A stretch of 64,000 nt of DNA. Origin: Candidatus Woesearchaeota archaeon (GTDB lineage: Archaea; Nanobdellota; Nanobdellia; SCGC-AAA011-G17; GW2011-AR18). Positions 39,613 to 49,477 of this stretch are shown one piece after another. Within the stretch, counting starts at the first letter, position 1, and each line of letters opens with the position of its first letter. The translations under genes were made by a program, and so were the position numbers. The notes under the pieces were generated by a model. That model saw only the letters and a program-made list of their open reading frames with translations. It ran no database searches and was not told the origin of the DNA. The stretch is taken from assembly GCA_018302545.1 (NCBI GenBank), contig JAGVZM010000002.1:2198-66197 (forward strand). The letters are read 5' to 3'.

Positions 39613-40270
39613 TCTTCTTCACTCCTTTCTTCTTTGGCTTAGATTCTTTAGTTGATTCCGTATTTTCTGCATAAGGATCTATCCTATGATCATCTTTATC
39701 TAATCCTTTAGAATTGCTAGTATCTTCTTTCGAATCTTTATGATGTGAATGATCATGATCTTTATGTTCATGAGATTCTTCTTTCTTTTTTTCTTTTGCT
39801 TCACTTAATTTTTTCTTTTTCTGCTCTTTTCTAGATGCAGAACCTTGTTTTTTAGAAATCAAAATATCTTTAACACTAACAACATAAGCTTCTATATCTT
39901 TAACACCCAAGACTTTAAGGCCTAAAGATTTAGCCTTATCTAAAATTAATAATCTCTTTTTAATGCCTACTCCAGAAGAGATAATCACACAACAATTTTC
40001 TACTACTTTACTGAGATCATTAATATTAGAAACAAGAATAGGCATTAATCCATGTTTGGTTAAACCTTTAACTAAATTAGGACCCGCATAACCTATTGAA
40101 GGAATATTCCTATGCCCTCTAAAACCTCTTCTTAATTTACTTTGAATACCTTTAGGTTTTCTCCACTTTCCTCTAAATTGTTTAATCTTATTAGCTTCTT
40201 GTCTCTCAAAAGGAGGAGTTTTATCTTTAATTTTCTTTCTCAAATCCAATAAAGGTTTTATTTTATTCAT
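39596..40270 (-). CDS. rpl32e: 50S ribosomal protein L32e with about 90-aa His/Lys/Glu/Asp-rich C-terminal extension
   Basis: FRGKWRKPKGIQSKLRRGFRGHRNIPSIGYAGP core; tail HEHKDHDHSHHKD. Confidence 0.8.
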   Translation of the reverse strand: MNKIKPLLDLRKKIKDKTPPFERQEANKIKQFRGKWRKPKGIQSKLRRGFRGHRNIPSIGYAGPNLVKGLTKHGLMPILVSNINDLSKVVENCCVIISSGVGIKKRLLILDKAKSLGLKVLGVKDIEAYVVSVKDILISKKQGSASRKEQKKKKLSEAKEKKKEESHEHKDHDHSHHKDSKEDTSNSKGLDKDDHRIDPYAENTESTKESKPKKKGVKKNEPKK

Positions 40271-40818
40271 TCTTCATCTCCTGGTTTTAAAATAATAAAA
40301 CAACCATCTTGGAATATTCTTCTATCCCTATTTGTAATTCTAGTGTTTTGCTCTATCTTAGCAGCAGTCTGACCTACCTTCTCTTTATCTAATCCATCGA
40401 CTAAAATAAGGTCACCTTGAACCTTTACAGATACCCCATCAACAAAGCTTGTCTTTCTAGGAACTTTTTCACCTAAAAAATTCTTAATAACAAGAGAATT
40501 ACCTTCAACAGTAACAGTCATAGGGAAATATCCTGAACATATCTTCAACTTAGCTTTATATCCTTCTTGAACTCCTATAAACATATTTCTTACATGTGCT
40601 TTATAAGTATTCATAAACATTTTATCAGAATTAGAAAATCTAACACCATTCTTATTCTTAAAAATAACTACCCCATTTTCAACAACCATAACAATTCTTG
40701 GGTTCAAAAAAGTTCTTTCTAAACTACCTTTAGTTCCCTTAACAAAGATAGTATTATTCTCTACTTTAACTTCCACTCCTTGTGGAATACTAAGTTGAGC
40801 AACGTAAATTTTCTTCAT
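40267..40818 (-). CDS. rpl6: 50S ribosomal protein L6 (uL6)
   Basis: two L6 alpha/beta domains; position in cluster. Confidence 0.85.
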   Translation of the reverse strand: MKKIYVAQLSIPQGVEVKVENNTIFVKGTKGSLERTFLNPRIVMVVENGVVIFKNKNGVRFSNSDKMFMNTYKAHVRNMFIGVQEGYKAKLKICSGYFPMTVTVEGNSLVIKNFLGEKVPRKTSFVDGVSVKVQGDLILVDGLDKEKVGQTAAKIEQNTRITNRDRRIFQDGCFIILKPGDEE

Positions 40819-40819
40819 T

Positions 40820-41212
40820 TTAATAACAATAAGCTATAAGCTTGCCTCCAATGCCTTTATCTAAAGCCTCTTTATGAGTCATAATTCCTTTTGAAGTAGT
40901 CACAATAAATAAACCAAAATTTTTAGAAGGTAAATATCTTTTTTCAAAAGTTTCATAATTATCCTTTGTAAAAGAAAATCTAGGTTTGACAACTCCACAT
41001 TTATTTATATTACCTATTAAATTAATTTTTATCCATCCCCCTCTAGACTCATCAACAACAGAAAAGTCACCAATATAATTACTATCCTTAAGTAATGTTA
41101 ACACTGAAACCAAAATTTTAGATTTAGGTCCAACTAAACATTCATTCTTACCCTGTTTCTCACTGTTTAAAATATGACTTAAACAATTTGCTAATGGATC
41201 ATTCAAACTCAT
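40820..41212 (-). CDS. rps8: 30S ribosomal protein S8 (uS8)
   Basis: MSLNDPLANCLSHILNSEKQGK. Confidence 0.85.
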   Translation of the reverse strand: MSLNDPLANCLSHILNSEKQGKNECLVGPKSKILVSVLTLLKDSNYIGDFSVVDESRGGWIKINLIGNINKCGVVKPRFSFTKDNYETFEKRYLPSKNFGLFIVTTSKGIMTHKEALDKGIGGKLIAYCY

Positions 41213-41220
41213 TTTTCCTC

Positions 41221-41451
41221 CTAGCTAAATTTCTTAAAACCAATTTTCTTAGCATCCTCCCTAAAACACATTCTACACATCTGAATTCCATAACATCTTA
41301 TATGAGCACCAAATCTACCACATCTTCTACACCTTCTCAAACCAATTCCAGTAGTCCTAATTTTAGGTGAATTATGCTTCAAAAATTTCTTCTTTTTAGA
41401 TTTTTTCGCATCTAGTTGTTTAAAAACCTTAGTAAATTCTTTAATAGTCAT
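41221..41451 (-). CDS. rps14: 30S ribosomal protein S14 (uS14, zinc-binding type Z)
   Basis: [27 protein letters not shown]. Confidence 0.8.
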   Translation of the reverse strand: MTIKEFTKVFKQLDAKKSKKKKFLKHNSPKIRTTGIGLRRCRRCGRFGAHIRCYGIQMCRMCFREDAKKIGFKKFS

Positions 41452-41963
41452 TATTCATCCTCCAACACCAAACTAAATTCTTTTTTCATGAAATCCATAG
41501 CTTGAACATCACTAATATTGTGCCTGCTAGGAATCTTTCTTTTTAATTTGGATCTTCTCTTAATTCTAAATCCTTTTCTGCTTAAAGTAACAGCCGCTTC
41601 TAAACCTATAACTCCTATACTCGCTTCATAAGGAACTTCAGGAATATCTATATACTCTTTAATACCAAATGAAAAATTACCAAACTTATCAAACTTTCTC
41701 ATAGAAATACTATTATCCATTGCACTCAACAATCTTTTCAGGAGTTTAGAAGCTTCCTTTCCTCTAACCGTAACTTTACATGCAATAGGTAATTTAGGTC
41801 TAACCCCCCAAGTAGGAATTCTCTTATCACTACTTGTTTGAACAGGTTTCCTTCCAGAGATATTTTTAAGTAATCTCATAGCCTTATCTAATTTATCTCC
41901 AGGACTACCAACCCCAATGTTAAGGGTAACTTTTTCAACATGTATTTCTCTCATTAGATTCAT
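41451..41963 (-). CDS. rpl5: 50S ribosomal protein L5 (uL5)
   Basis: [18 protein letters not shown]. Confidence 0.9.
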   Translation of the reverse strand: MNLMREIHVEKVTLNIGVGSPGDKLDKAMRLLKNISGRKPVQTSSDKRIPTWGVRPKLPIACKVTVRGKEASKLLKRLLSAMDNSISMRKFDKFGNFSFGIKEYIDIPEVPYEASIGVIGLEAAVTLSRKGFRIKRRSKLKRKIPSRHNISDVQAMDFMKKEFSLVLEDE

Positions 41964-42676
41964 GATTTAGCCTCCAAGCCAACTTCAACTTTTCCATTAC
42001 CAACAACAAAAACATAATTCCTCAAAGTAATATAATCTTTATCACCAATCTCAAGAACAAGTTTAGCAGCCTTCATATCTTTAGAAGGAACTAATTCTTT
42101 GACCTTTGCAATAACCCCAACATAACTGCCATCTACCAAATAAACAAAAGATCCTTTGTCTAGAGAAAATAATTTATTTATCTTCTTATTTTTTAGATCA
42201 TATAATACACTATCTCCGATTTTTGCATCAGATTTATCCAATAAAATATTTCTGCCATCATGGAAAGTTATCTGTAATTTCCCATTTTTAACAATAGACT
42301 TTTTAATAACTTTCAAGAGTTTAGTATTTTGTTCATCTTTATCTAAAGGAATTAAAACAAAATTTCCTTTTTTATTAAACACTATTTTATAAGACTCTTT
42401 CAATTTAGGAAGTTCTATAATATCCATTATACCTATTGGAAACTTATAATCTTTTCTAACAACACCATCAATTAAAAGACCACCAGAATTAATTATATTT
42501 TTAACTTCTTTAGCAGTCTTTGCATAATTTAATAAATTTTTAAGTAAAAAATTCACAGTCAAGCATCTTGACAGAGGGTGCGGTCCCGCTAAAGGTCTTG
42601 TTATATATTTGTTTTCCTTTCTAGCTAATTTCCAATTTTTTGGCGATGCCAACCTAGATAAATGATTTTGTCCCAT
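41960..42676 (-). CDS. rps4e: 30S ribosomal protein S4e
   Basis: MGQNHLSRLASPKNWKLARKENKYITRPLAGPH. Confidence 0.9.
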   Translation of the reverse strand: MGQNHLSRLASPKNWKLARKENKYITRPLAGPHPLSRCLTVNFLLKNLLNYAKTAKEVKNIINSGGLLIDGVVRKDYKFPIGIMDIIELPKLKESYKIVFNKKGNFVLIPLDKDEQNTKLLKVIKKSIVKNGKLQITFHDGRNILLDKSDAKIGDSVLYDLKNKKINKLFSLDKGSFVYLVDGSYVGVIAKVKELVPSKDMKAAKLVLEIGDKDYITLRNYVFVVGNGKVEVGLEAKS

Positions 42677-42677
42677 T

Positions 42678-43055
42678 TTATTTCCTCTCTAATATTTTCT
42701 TTCTATATTTATCCTCCATATTTAACTCAGTTATAAGTAAATTAGAAGGATCTATAGGTCTGGTTAACTTAGTTCCATCTCTTTTAACATTAACAACCCC
42801 CTCAACATAAACAGAGTGGTTTACTAAACTAACCCTAGTAACTTTAGCAACTCTCCCTTTAAACTCTCCAACAATAACTTTAACAAGATCTCCCTTTCTA
42901 ACAGGAAGATTTCTCTTTCCATATTTTTGTTTTAAATCTTTACTTAACCTAACACTCATAAATTTTCTAATTATGTGTAAAGGAGCATTATATCTATACT
43001 TCCTTTGTTTTCTAGGATTTTTACTCCCAACCCATTTTCTACTCCACAATTTCAT
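42678..43055 (-). CDS. rpl24: 50S ribosomal protein L24 (uL24, KOW)
   Basis: NPRKQRKYRYNAPLHIIRKFMSVRLSKDLKQKYG; start chosen at internal Met overlapping rpl14 stop (longest ORF to 43067). Confidence 0.8.
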   Translation of the reverse strand: MKLWSRKWVGSKNPRKQRKYRYNAPLHIIRKFMSVRLSKDLKQKYGKRNLPVRKGDLVKVIVGEFKGRVAKVTRVSLVNHSVYVEGVVNVKRDGTKLTRPIDPSNLLITELNMEDKYRKKILERK

Positions 43056-43056
43056 T

Positions 43057-43458
43057 TTACACCACAAGTTTAGCTATTTTAGTAACAGCAGGCCACCTTT
43101 GTGATACCTCCTTAGCAATTGGACCTTTAATTAATGTTCCTTTTGGATTTCCTTTATCATCCTTTAAAACGACTGCAGCATTATCTTCAAATTTAACCCT
43201 AGTACCATCAGATCTTCTATATTCTTTTTTTTGTCTAACTATAATTGCACTAACAACCTTCTTTCTCATTTCAGGATTCCCTTTTCTAACAGACGCAACA
43301 ATATGATCGCCAACGCCCCCACTTAAGTTTCTTCCCTTAACAGTTTTAGCTCTTTTAAAAGACATAACAAATAAAATCTTAGCTCCTGAATTATCACACG
43401 CGAGTACATAAGATCCTTTTTGTATTCCTTTTGTTATATTTGCTTTTAATGCTTTCAT
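43057..43458 (-). CDS. rpl14: 50S ribosomal protein L14 (uL14)
   Basis: LACDNSGAKILFVMSF... Confidence 0.9.
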   Translation of the reverse strand: MKALKANITKGIQKGSYVLACDNSGAKILFVMSFKRAKTVKGRNLSGGVGDHIVASVRKGNPEMRKKVVSAIIVRQKKEYRRSDGTRVKFEDNAAVVLKDDKGNPKGTLIKGPIAKEVSQRWPAVTKIAKLVV

Positions 43459-43772
43459 TATAATTTCTCCACAATTACAAAGTTTTTAGTTTTACTTATA
43501 GGCCTAGTCTCAACTATCCTTACTTTATCTCCTACTTGTGCATTTATGCATATAGGATTATGAACTTGTATCTTACTTCTCCTTTTTTCATATCTTTGAT
43601 ATTTGGGCAAGTAAACAATTCTACTCCACTGTACTACTGCAGATTTTTGAGCACCAGATTTAACAACTTGAGCAATAAACTCTCTACCTCTAAGTTTCAA
43701 ACCAGTCTCCTCTACTACCATCTGCACAGAGCCCTTTTCAACTTCCATTATTTTTTGTTTTTTCTTAACCAT
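43458..43772 (-). CDS. rps17: 30S ribosomal protein S17 (uS17)
   Basis: OB-fold; KTKNFVIVEKL. Confidence 0.85.
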   Translation of the reverse strand: MVKKKQKIMEVEKGSVQMVVEETGLKLRGREFIAQVVKSGAQKSAVVQWSRIVYLPKYQRYEKRRSKIQVHNPICINAQVGDKVRIVETRPISKTKNFVIVEKL

Positions 43773-44091
43773 TTTTACCTTGACTTTCTTTGATTATTAT
43801 TGAATCAGCGTTGAATCCTAATTTCTGCAACTCTGCTTTGACCTTTTCAACATGATTACCTTGTAACTCTATAACACCATTCTTAGATGTTCCGCCACAA
43901 GCAAGTTTAGTCTTAAGTTTTTTACTAAGATCCTTAAGATCAATAGTCTTTTCATCAAAGCCTTCCACTACAGTTGCTAATTTACCATATCTTTTTTTAA
44001 CAACTTTAATAGTTATCTTTTGACCTTCCCTGGCAATAGTTTGACAAACACAAAGGTCTTTAGGTAAACTACAAACACTGCATATTTCCAT
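43765..44091 (-). CDS. translation initiation factor SUI1/eIF1 homologue
   Basis: IKVVKKRYGKLATVVEGF...LACGGTSKNGVIELQGNHVEKVKAELQKLGF. Confidence 0.75.
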   Translation of the reverse strand: MEICSVCSLPKDLCVCQTIAREGQKITIKVVKKRYGKLATVVEGFDEKTIDLKDLSKKLKTKLACGGTSKNGVIELQGNHVEKVKAELQKLGFNADSIIIKESQGKNG

Positions 44092-44316
44092 TTATTTTGT
44101 CGTTACCTCCTTCTTATTTTTCATATTCAAAATTGTCTTCATTCTAGCAATATTTTTTCTAATTACTTTAACTTTTCCTGGATTCTCAGGAGGAGTACCT
44201 CTTGAGATTTGAGATCTATATTTAATTAGTTCCATATTTAGTTCTTGCATATTTTTTCTAATTTCTTCTTCTCCCATATTTTTTAATTCATTCTTCTTTA
44301 GTTTCGCCATTTTCAA
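44092..44316 (-). CDS. rpl29: 50S ribosomal protein L29 (uL29)
   Basis: MKMAKLKKNELKNMGEEEIRKNMQELNMELIKYRSQ. Confidence 0.8.
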   Translation of the reverse strand: MKMAKLKKNELKNMGEEEIRKNMQELNMELIKYRSQISRGTPPENPGKVKVIRKNIARMKTILNMKNKKEVTTK

Positions 44317-45121
44317 CTTCCTGTTTTACTTCTTTTGTTTTTTTCTTTGTTCTCTTTTTAGGTTTTTCCCCAGTTTCAACTTCAGTAGTCTTAATTTCCT
44401 CTTTGACATCAACTGATTTTTCTTCAACAACTGGTTTAGGTTGATCTAAAACCTCAGAAGATTTTTTAGCTTGTACAATTATATCTTGTTCACTAACTGG
44501 AGTGCTAACAACTTTAATTTGATCTTCTCTAATTTTTATATCATCAGGCAAAACAACCTCTGAATGCAATATACTAACCTTTATTCCAATAGTACCACTT
44601 CTTAAGTTACAAGACTCATAAGACCTATCCATATAATTTTCTGAAACATCACCTGATTTTTTCAAATAGCCTGCTGAAAATCTCCAAGTTTTAGCTCTTT
44701 CACCAGGAACTCCCCTTCCAGATATAACAATTTCTATTCCTTTTGCTCCTGCCCTCATAGCATCCTCTAAGGCTTTGTAAGCCATAGCCTTAAATCTCTT
44801 AGGACCAAACCTATCAAATCCAGTAATCAAAGATCTAGATACAGATGAAGCATCAACTAAAGGATTAGGAATTTCTAAAACTTCTAGCTGAGGATTTTCC
44901 ATATTAAACTTAGTTTTCAAAATATCTGTTAATTTCTTAATGTTAGCTCCTTTTCTACCAACTATTAAACCAGGTCTAGAGGTATAAACACTAATCTTCT
45001 CTCCTAAAGGAGTTCTCTGCATAGCAATATAACTACAGCTAGTTGCACCTAAGAAACTAAATACAAAATCTTGTATTTGTTTTTCCTTCACTTTTTCAGC
45101 AATAATCTGTCTTTCAATCAT
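44288..45121 (-). CDS. rps3: 30S ribosomal protein S3 (uS3) with K/E-rich C-terminal tail
   Basis: KH domain RPGLIVGRKGANIKKLTDIL. Confidence 0.9.
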   Translation of the reverse strand: MIERQIIAEKVKEKQIQDFVFSFLGATSCSYIAMQRTPLGEKISVYTSRPGLIVGRKGANIKKLTDILKTKFNMENPQLEVLEIPNPLVDASSVSRSLITGFDRFGPKRFKAMAYKALEDAMRAGAKGIEIVISGRGVPGERAKTWRFSAGYLKKSGDVSENYMDRSYESCNLRSGTIGIKVSILHSEVVLPDDIKIREDQIKVVSTPVSEQDIIVQAKKSSEVLDQPKPVVEEKSVDVKEEIKTTEVETGEKPKKRTKKKTKEVKQEVENGETKEE

Positions 45122-45558
45122 TTTTTACCTTCCTTTTTATCTTCCACATTTCTCTCTTCAACAATCAATTCAACATGAGTATTTTTCATTTTAGTTCTAC
45201 CCTTCCTAGTAGAATGCCATCTAGCCTCAGCCTTATCAGCTTTAGCATGAACTAAATATAAACTATTAACATTCAATCCCTTATTTTCAGCATTAGCCTC
45301 TAATGAATTAAACAAATTCAAAAATTCAGTACCTGCTTTAACTGGATATTTACCAGGACCAACACCTTTCCTATGGCCTCTATTCCAACTATATCTCCTA
45401 ACAGGAACAGCCCTCTCCTGATCAACAGTATATTGAATCATTTGTTTAGCTTGTTTTAGAGATTTACCTCTAATATAATTACAAATCTCAACAGACATTT
45501 TAGTAGAGATATTTAAAGATCTTCCACTAACCTTTGCAGTATTATTCTTATCAACCAT
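45118..45558 (-). CDS. rpl22: 50S ribosomal protein L22 (uL22)
   Basis: position and conserved core. Confidence 0.85.
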   Translation of the reverse strand: MVDKNNTAKVSGRSLNISTKMSVEICNYIRGKSLKQAKQMIQYTVDQERAVPVRRYSWNRGHRKGVGPGKYPVKAGTEFLNLFNSLEANAENKGLNVNSLYLVHAKADKAEARWHSTRKGRTKMKNTHVELIVEERNVEDKKEGKK

Positions 45559-45559
45559 T

Positions 45560-45958
45560 TTACTTCACACTAACTGATGAACTTGATTTAGTTGCACCAA
45601 TACCTGGAGCATTATGTCCAACTTTCTTTCTTGTTAAGGCAAATTCACCTAAATACATACCTAACATATCAATTGTGATTTCAATAGGAACAAACTCCTT
45701 TCCATTATAAATATGAATAGTAGTTCCTAAAAATTCAGGAAGTATAATCATGTTTCTACAGTGAGTTCTTACAGGTTTCTTTAATTTTCCTTCTTTACCT
45801 TTCTTGACTTTTAACAAAAGTCTTTTTTGAGCATCAGTCAATCCTCTTTTCAAAGTTCTTCTAGCTCTTGCAGGAACGTATTTCGCAAAATCAACTAAAC
45901 TCATATTCGCCAGTTCCTCTACAGTCTTTCCTTTAAAATTTACTTCTTTCCTTGCCAT
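45560..45958 (-). CDS. rps19: 30S ribosomal protein S19 (uS19)
   Basis: HCRNMIILPEFLGTTIHIYNGKEFVPIEI. Confidence 0.9.
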   Translation of the reverse strand: MARKEVNFKGKTVEELANMSLVDFAKYVPARARRTLKRGLTDAQKRLLLKVKKGKEGKLKKPVRTHCRNMIILPEFLGTTIHIYNGKEFVPIEITIDMLGMYLGEFALTRKKVGHNAPGIGATKSSSSVSVK

Positions 45959-45960
45959 AT

Positions 45961-46674
45961 TTACTTCTTCCTACCTGTTCTTCTCGGTGCTACTTTTCCT
46001 ACCTTTCTTCCTGGTGGAGCATGTCTAGGCGCAATACTTGATTTACCTTTATGCCTACCTCTTCCTGAACCAAAAGGATGTTCAACTGCATTCATCGCTA
46101 CAGCAGAAGTAACAGGATATAATTTACCTCTAGCTCTCATAGCATGCCATTTTTTTCCAGCTTTGACAAATGGTTTTTCAAGTCTACCACCGCCAGCTAC
46201 TTGTCCAACAGTTGCCCTACACTTAGCATTAAATTCTTTTTCTTTTTTACTAGGCATTAATAATTTAACCTTACCCTCTGTTCTCGCCAAAATTTTTGCA
46301 AAAACTCCAGAAGATCTAACAAACTTACCACCGTCTCCTGGTTTAGATTCTATATTATAAACAAAAGTTCCTTCTGGGATCTCAGATAATGAAAGTGTAT
46401 TCCCATTATTGATACTAGACTTATTTCCTGTAAACACTTGATCACCAACAGCCAATCCTTCTGGAGCAATCATATAACAAATTTCTCCATCTTCATATTG
46501 AACAACTGCTAAAGGAGCACTATGACTAACACTATGCATTAACTCAACAATTACTCCAAAACAACCTTCACTATTAAAAGATTTATTCTTAGCTCTAGCA
46601 AAATATCTATGACTAAGTGCTACATATCTCCTAGTTCCTCTTCCTCTCTTCTGTGAAGTTATTCTTTTTCCCAT
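45961..46674 (-). CDS. rpl2: 50S ribosomal protein L2 (uL2)
   Basis: MNAVEHPFGSGRGRHKGKSSIAPR. Confidence 0.9.
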   Translation of the reverse strand: MGKRITSQKRGRGTRRYVALSHRYFARAKNKSFNSEGCFGVIVELMHSVSHSAPLAVVQYEDGEICYMIAPEGLAVGDQVFTGNKSSINNGNTLSLSEIPEGTFVYNIESKPGDGGKFVRSSGVFAKILARTEGKVKLLMPSKKEKEFNAKCRATVGQVAGGGRLEKPFVKAGKKWHAMRARGKLYPVTSAVAMNAVEHPFGSGRGRHKGKSSIAPRHAPPGRKVGKVAPRRTGRKK

Positions 46675-46935
46675 TTACATTAACCCCAATTTAGTCATTA
46701 TATCAATTGCTGGATTAGCCTCATTTAATTTGACATATGCTCTTTTTTTTCCATCAACATTCAAAAAAGTATTTACTTTATCAACTTTAACATCAAATAA
46801 TTTTTCAACAGCCTGTTTAATCTCTTCTTTTTTAGACTTCAAATCTACAACAAATAATAATTTATTTTCCCTATCCATAAGTCTAATCGCTTTTTCTGTA
46901 GCCAGAGGATATTTTATAACTTGATCTTTTTTCAT
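46675..46935 (-). CDS. rpl23: 50S ribosomal protein L23 (uL23)
   Basis: IKYPLATEKAIRLMDRENKLLFVVD. Confidence 0.85.
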   Translation of the reverse strand: MKKDQVIKYPLATEKAIRLMDRENKLLFVVDLKSKKEEIKQAVEKLFDVKVDKVNTFLNVDGKKRAYVKLNEANPAIDIMTKLGLM

Positions 46936-47702
46936 TTCTTCACTCCAATAAACAACTTCTCTTTATCCATAGTTTCCAAAGCATTTTTAGTAAATATGCA
47001 GGCTCTAGGTAAGTTGTAATTCAAAGACAATAAATGCGCATTCAAACTCTTAACGTCAATAGTATCATAACCAGGAAGATTATTCAGAGCTTTAACAACA
47101 TCACAATTCTTTGTAACGACAACTAAAGGATTCTTCTTATATCTAACAGCCCTTCCTCTAGATTTACCCCTTCCAGCTTTAAAAATTTTTTTTCCATCAA
47201 CATCAAAACCTAAAGTCTCCAAAACTTTCTTAACATCTTTAGTAACTTTAATACTTTCAAACTTAGAATCAATAATAGTCAATTTATTTTGTTGCTGAAT
47301 ACCACTTAAAGCACTTCTAATAGCCTTTCTTCTTTCCTTAACATTAATCTTTAATTCCCAATTTTTACTAGCTTTAGGAGGATGCGCCCTTCTACCTCCA
47401 ACAGTACTTGATATTAAAGCACCAACCCATCCAAACTGCATACCTCTTCTCCACATTGTTTTTCTTGGAACTCTAGATATTCCCTTACCATAAGAACCTT
47501 TATAATTCCTTCTTCTTCTAGATAATTTAGCAGAATAATTCTTTCCAGCCCTAGGCATAGTTCCATAAGGCTGTCTTAAATGACTAAATATAGCTAATTT
47601 AGCTCTATTGACCAAACCAGGCTCATATTCTTCAGTAAATTGAATAGGCAATTCTATACTACTTAGTTTTTTCCCATCCAATCCTAAAACATCAACTTTC
47701 AT
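46932..47702 (-). CDS. rpl4: 50S ribosomal protein L4 (uL4)
   Basis: position and length. Confidence 0.85.
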   Translation of the reverse strand: MKVDVLGLDGKKLSSIELPIQFTEEYEPGLVNRAKLAIFSHLRQPYGTMPRAGKNYSAKLSRRRRNYKGSYGKGISRVPRKTMWRRGMQFGWVGALISSTVGGRRAHPPKASKNWELKINVKERRKAIRSALSGIQQQNKLTIIDSKFESIKVTKDVKKVLETLGFDVDGKKIFKAGRGKSRGRAVRYKKNPLVVVTKNCDVVKALNNLPGYDTIDVKSLNAHLLSLNYNLPRACIFTKNALETMDKEKLFIGVKK

Positions 47703-48703
47703 TGCTTACTCTCCTTACTAATATAATCTACATTTATTCCAGCGCCAAATCCCTTTGTTTGCCTTATAGGACTAGTAAAAGTAATTAATCTTTTAACATG
47801 ACCTGGCAAGCTTCCTTTTATTAATAAATAATCATTCTTAACTAAACCATAATGTAAAAATCCACCTTTAGGATTAACTTTTTCAGGATCAGAACTAACA
47901 AATAAAATATCTTTATTATATTCTGTTCTCAAATGTATACCCATTCCACCAGGCATTTTAACTCCCCACCAAACACGTCCAGGACTCTCAGGACCAAGAA
48001 TATTACCTCTTCTTTTCTTCTCTGTTTTATGGTTTCTTAAATTAATTCCAAATCTCTTAACTGTACCTTGAAATCCTTTACCTATAGTAACAGCATGAGC
48101 ATCAACTTTAATACCTTCTTTTAAAATATCACTAACTTTAATCTCTCTATCAAACAATGTTTTAGCATAATCAAGTTTATCTTTTACATTATTTCCACCC
48201 ACACCTAATTCAAGAACTTCAGGCTTTTTCTTGCCAATTCCTGTTTTTTTAGGCTGTGTGTATATTTTAACTCTTAAATCATAAAACTCTCCAATTTTAG
48301 ACTCTAACTCCTTTATTTTAGAGTCATAATCCTGCTTTTTTGGAAGTTTAATCTTCTTAGCAAGCTCTTTGTCTAATTTTGGATTCATAATTTCAGAAAC
48401 TAAAACTAAATGATTAAATGAATTTTTTTTATAAAATTTTAAAGAAAGAACCTTAATAGAAGGACATTCAACAACAGTAACAGGCCAAATAAGACTCTCA
48501 TTTTTTGTCATTGAATTTGATCTTGTATCCTTAACATTAACATGGGTCATACCAACTTTATAACCAACAAATCCTTGTAAACCAACATCTTTACTTTTAA
48601 CCCAAGATCTAACTCTAGCAACCATTTTCTTAGCCCTCTTTCTAGGCCAAAATTGCTTACTTCCATGTTTAGGATTATTTCTCCTATTTTTTGTGTGTCC
48701 CAT
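47699..48703 (-). CDS. rpl3: 50S ribosomal protein L3 (uL3)
   Basis: HGSKQFWPRKRAKKMVARVRSW...GYKVGMTHV. Confidence 0.9.
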   Translation of the reverse strand: MGHTKNRRNNPKHGSKQFWPRKRAKKMVARVRSWVKSKDVGLQGFVGYKVGMTHVNVKDTRSNSMTKNESLIWPVTVVECPSIKVLSLKFYKKNSFNHLVLVSEIMNPKLDKELAKKIKLPKKQDYDSKIKELESKIGEFYDLRVKIYTQPKKTGIGKKKPEVLELGVGGNNVKDKLDYAKTLFDREIKVSDILKEGIKVDAHAVTIGKGFQGTVKRFGINLRNHKTEKKRRGNILGPESPGRVWWGVKMPGGMGIHLRTEYNKDILFVSSDPEKVNPKGGFLHYGLVKNDYLLIKGSLPGHVKRLITFTSPIRQTKGFGAGINVDYISKESKQ

Positions 48704-48723
48704 TGTTCTTCTCGACCTTTATC

Positions 48724-48737
48724 GGTTTTATAAATCT
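48724..48737 (-). promoter_or_regulatory. TATA box/BRE of the ribosomal-protein operon (minus strand reads ATTTATAAAA)
   Basis: about 25-30 nt upstream of rpl3 ATG; short or no leader. Confidence 0.35.
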
Positions 48738-49027
48738 TTTGCTAAATCCTAGCCTCAAAATCGATAATACACTCTAGAATCAGCGACTAATTACAATCAG
48801 TAGGGTAATAATAAAGACCCAAGAACTTATTTATAAATTTATTGGTAAAAAATAAGTATATACTGTATATGATAAAGTCCTATATTTAAAAATTCTAAGT
48901 AAATATTGGGACAACCTCAAAAAATAAAGTCACCCTTAAGAATTTCAAGAAATAACAAGTACAACAAATTTAGATTCAAAAGACGAGGTTGCCACCCCCA
49001 TAAAAATAAATTTAATAGTAAACAAAA

Positions 49028-49477
49028 ATGAAAGATTGCCTAAGAATGTTATTACCACTAGTTGCAATGGCTAGTTGTTTAGAATCAGGTTGTATAAATC
49101 CAAGAGGAACATATCAAGAAGTAACTAGAACAAAAGGCCCAAGTTCGATAAATTCAAAAACAATTAATTATGGTTTTGCTAGTTCAAAAAATAATGAAGG
49201 ACGAATACAAGTAGCAACCTTATCTTATGGAATAACAAGAGATAAAACTTTCAGAAATTTAAATGATAAATTAGCACAAGCAAAATATGATCCAAAAAAA
49301 TGTTCAGAATTGCCAATATATATAGAAATAACAAGCCATTCTCTAGGAAGATTAGAAAGCAATTTAGAGAGAGGGATAAAAGGCCTAGAAAACTCAAGAG
49401 ATTATCAAGAACTAAAATTGGCAACAAGATTAGAAATGAAAGTTTATAAAGATGAAGCAAGAAAAATATGTAACTAA
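49028..49477 (+). CDS. hypothetical secreted/lipoprotein-like protein
   Basis: MLLPLVAMASCLESGC signal with lipobox-like Cys. Confidence 0.35.
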   Translation: MKDCLRMLLPLVAMASCLESGCINPRGTYQEVTRTKGPSSINSKTINYGFASSKNNEGRIQVATLSYGITRDKTFRNLNDKLAQAKYDPKKCSELPIYIEITSHSLGRLESNLERGIKGLENSRDYQELKLATRLEMKVYKDEARKICN

